From positions 96,001 through 160,000 of the forward strand of contig CBDBCF010000002.1 in NCBI GenBank assembly GCA_965202985.1: 64,000 nt of DNA. Reading direction: 5' to 3'. The DNA is from Longimicrobiales bacterium (GTDB lineage: Bacteria; Gemmatimonadota; Gemmatimonadetes; Longimicrobiales; Gaopeijiaceae). The translations under genes were made by a program, and so were the position numbers. Under the pieces are notes generated by a model that was not told the DNA's origin, ran no database searches, and saw nothing but the letters and a program-made list of their open reading frames with translations. Positions 62,041 to 64,000 of the stretch are shown piece after piece. The stretch's first letter is position 1, and the number at the start of each line of letters is the position of its first letter.

Positions 62041-62880
62041 ATGCAACTCGTGGGAATCTTGCGGCTCGTAAAGGTCGTCGTCGCGGCAGCGCTGGTCGTC
62101 GCCCCGCTCGAGGGCGCGCAATCCCGTCCCGCGCCCGTGCGCGTGGCGTTCCTGGACGTGGGGCAGGCCGACGCCGTGCTGGTGCAGGCGCCCGAGGGCC
62201 AGACCGCGCTTGTGGACGCCGGCAGGCGCTCGCCCGTGGAGCTCCTTCGTAGGTTGGGCGTGTCGACGGTCGACCTGCTGGTGGCCTCGCACGGCCACGC
62301 GGATCACATCGGGGGCATGACCGCCGTGTTGCGGGAGTTCCCGGTCCGCTACTTCATGGACAACGGCATGCCCCACACGACGCGGACGTACCAGCGGCTC
62401 ATGGAGGAGATGGAGCGTCGCCCCGAGATCGCGTACCTGAACGCGGAGCCGCGAACGATCGCGTTGGGTTCGGTCTCCATCGAGGTTCTGCCCATGCCGC
62501 CGGCTCGCGGCCGCGACCAGAACAACCGCTCGGTGACACTGGTCGTGCGGCACGGCCGGTTTACGGCCTTCTTGAGCGGCGACTCGGAGGTTCGCCAGCT
62601 GAACTTCCTGACCGGGCGAGGCGTCGTGCCTCGCGCGACCCTGCTCAAGGCGCCCCATCACGGCAGTCACAACGGCTTCACGCCGGCGTTTCTGCAGGCG
62701 GTCCAGCCCGAACTGGTCGTCATCTCGGTGGGGCGAAACAGCTATGGACATCCACGACCCGAGGCGCTCGCGGCGTTCTCGGCGGCCGCTGGCCACGTAT
62801 ACCGCACGGACCGGGACGGCACGGTCACAGTGCTGGGCTTCCCGGACGGCCGTCACACAGCGAGCAAGGAACGCCCATGA
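62041..62880 (+). CDS. Exported ComEC/Rec2-like MBL-fold hydrolase
   Basis: FLDVGQADA, SHGHADHIGG, NNRS, GDSE, HHGSHN, NSYGHP, RTDRDG. Confidence 0.9.
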   Translation: MQLVGILRLVKVVVAAALVVAPLEGAQSRPAPVRVAFLDVGQADAVLVQAPEGQTALVDAGRRSPVELLRRLGVSTVDLLVASHGHADHIGGMTAVLREFPVRYFMDNGMPHTTRTYQRLMEEMERRPEIAYLNAEPRTIALGSVSIEVLPMPPARGRDQNNRSVTLVVRHGRFTAFLSGDSEVRQLNFLTGRGVVPRATLLKAPHHGSHNGFTPAFLQAVQPELVVISVGRNSYGHPRPEALAAFSAAAGHVYRTDRDGTVTVLGFPDGRHTASKERP

Positions 62881-63230
62881 GCGAGATGCACCAGCCGGCC
62901 CCGAAGCCGACTTCGCCCCCGCCGGCCTCGTTCCGGTCGACCGCCCCGTCCGCGCCGGAGCGCACCTACGTCGTGGATCGAATCGAGAGCGGAGTGGCCG
63001 CGATGATCCCGGACGACGAGGCCTTCGCCCCCGAAGACGTGCTCGTCCGGCGACTCGGCTACCGGGTCGCAGAGGGCGACGTGGTGCGCGTGCCCGTCGG
63101 TGCCGACGGCTCCTTGGTCTGGAGCGACGCGACGGCGGACCCCCAGCAGCGCGCCGAGCGGATCAAGGAAGCCGAAGCACGTCTGGAGCGGTTGAGGAAG
63201 CGGGACCCGGGCGGCGACGTGATCTTGTAG
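62877..63230 (+). CDS. DUF3006-like protein
   Basis: VVDRIE..A, EGDVV, C-terminal helix; usual partner of ComEC-like MBL genes. Confidence 0.7.
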   Translation: MSEMHQPAPKPTSPPPASFRSTAPSAPERTYVVDRIESGVAAMIPDDEAFAPEDVLVRRLGYRVAEGDVVRVPVGADGSLVWSDATADPQQRAERIKEAEARLERLRKRDPGGDVIL

Positions 63231-64000
63231 TTACCCCAGGACTTCCACCAGCTCGGCCACCACGTTCACGGCTTCCTCGTCGTCGGTGGCGATCTCGATC
63301 GGCGCGAAGTCGGCGTTGTCGGGCTCCAAGGTCACCTTGACGTGGCGCCAGCCGCCTTCGTCCTGGCGCTTCTCGCTGCGGTAGCGCTTGACGGTGAAGC
63401 GGTAGCCCGTCTCCGGATCGGCCTGGTCCAAGAGCTGGACGAGAAGCACTCGACCTTGGCGCGAGCCGGCCACGTCGCGCCGGAAAAGACAGTACGCCCC
63501 GTCGGGGATGCCCGGCGCCATGGAGCGGCCCACGACCTGCGCCGCGAAGATGCCGGGCCGAAGCGACCGTCCCGTTTCCACCTCCAGCCACTCCCATTCG
63601 TCGTCGTCAAGGAGCGTCTGCGGGTCGCCGAAAGCTCCGGCCGCAGCCTTCAACGGGACGAACGGCACGCAGTTCACGTAGCGCCCGGCCGGTTCGGGCT
63701 TGATCAGACGCAGGCGTGGTCGCGCCCGGGCGTCGGAGGACCCGGGCGTCGGGAACCATGATCGGTCGATGCCCAGCTCCCTCGCCCTCTCGCCCATGCC
63801 CAAGTAGCGGGCCAAGCGGCGAAAGTGGCGTGCCATGGCGTCCTCGTCGTCCAAGTCGTGAACAGCGATCTCGACCACTTCGTAGCCTTGGTTCCGCAGC
63901 CAGCCCCGAATCTGCGCGTCGCGTTCGGCGGTATCGGGGTTGCCGTGGAGGTGTCGGCTGAGGCCGTCCAGGTAGATGCACACGCCTTCGTCGGCGTCGT
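63231..64000 (-). CDS. C-terminus of a larger protein: nuclease-like (Vsr/DUF559-type) domain plus LexA/S24 peptidase domain (partial)
   Basis: CIYLDG..HGN..RDAQIR..GYEVVEI, then VPLKAAAG, VVGRSMAP.IPDG, TVKRY. The ORF is open to the window edge. Confidence 0.75.
   Translation of the reverse strand, partial: DADEGVCIYLDGLSRHLHGNPDTAERDAQIRGWLRNQGYEVVEIAVHDLDDEDAMARHFRRLARYLGMGERARELGIDRSWFPTPGSSDARARPRLRLIKPEPAGRYVNCVPFVPLKAAAGAFGDPQTLLDDDEWEWLEVETGRSLRPGIFAAQVVGRSMAPGIPDGAYCLFRRDVAGSRQGRVLLVQLLDQADPETGYRFTVKRYRSEKRQDEGGWRHVKVTLEPDNADFAPIEIATDDEEAVNVVAELVEVLG

Overview
High-GC (~70%) bacterial chromosomal segment. Gene order and protein style suggest Gemmatimonadota, but this is inference only. 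Most of the window is housekeeping: partial tig, tRNA-Leu(TAG), degP-dnaK, nupC-PNP-amidohydrolase, serS, pcrA/uvrD, murA, rimP-nusA-infB-rbfA-truB-ribF-rpsO-pnp, mreBCD-mrdA-rodA, accD-folC, hisS-proS-lysA-guaA and rplU-rpmA. Three accessory, defence-like patches interrupt it. (1) 4446-11710 is a divergent four-gene cassette: an AAA_14/DUF4143-like ATPase coupled to a 1398-aa NACHT/STAND NTPase with a C-terminal PD-(D/E)xK nuclease, and an ABC ATPase coupled to a small TOPRIM-like protein. (2) 15892-19057 is a decaying restriction/defence island. An OLD-like nuclease remnant and an Mrr-like REase remnant are joined head-to-head at a CTCGAG palindrome, next to an intact M.PvuII-like methyltransferase and an internally deleted DUF4143 gene. 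(3) At the right edge is the end of a protein with a nuclease-like domain and a LexA/S24 peptidase domain. Other notable signals are a sigma54 -24/-12 promoter with three phased 17-bp palindromes upstream of dnaK, an in-frame alanine dehydrogenase-dUTPase fusion, a Cys-to-Asp (fosfomycin-insensitive type) MurA, several apparently leaderless genes and a possible GTC start for hisS. Family assignments come from motif recognition by eye; no database searches were run.
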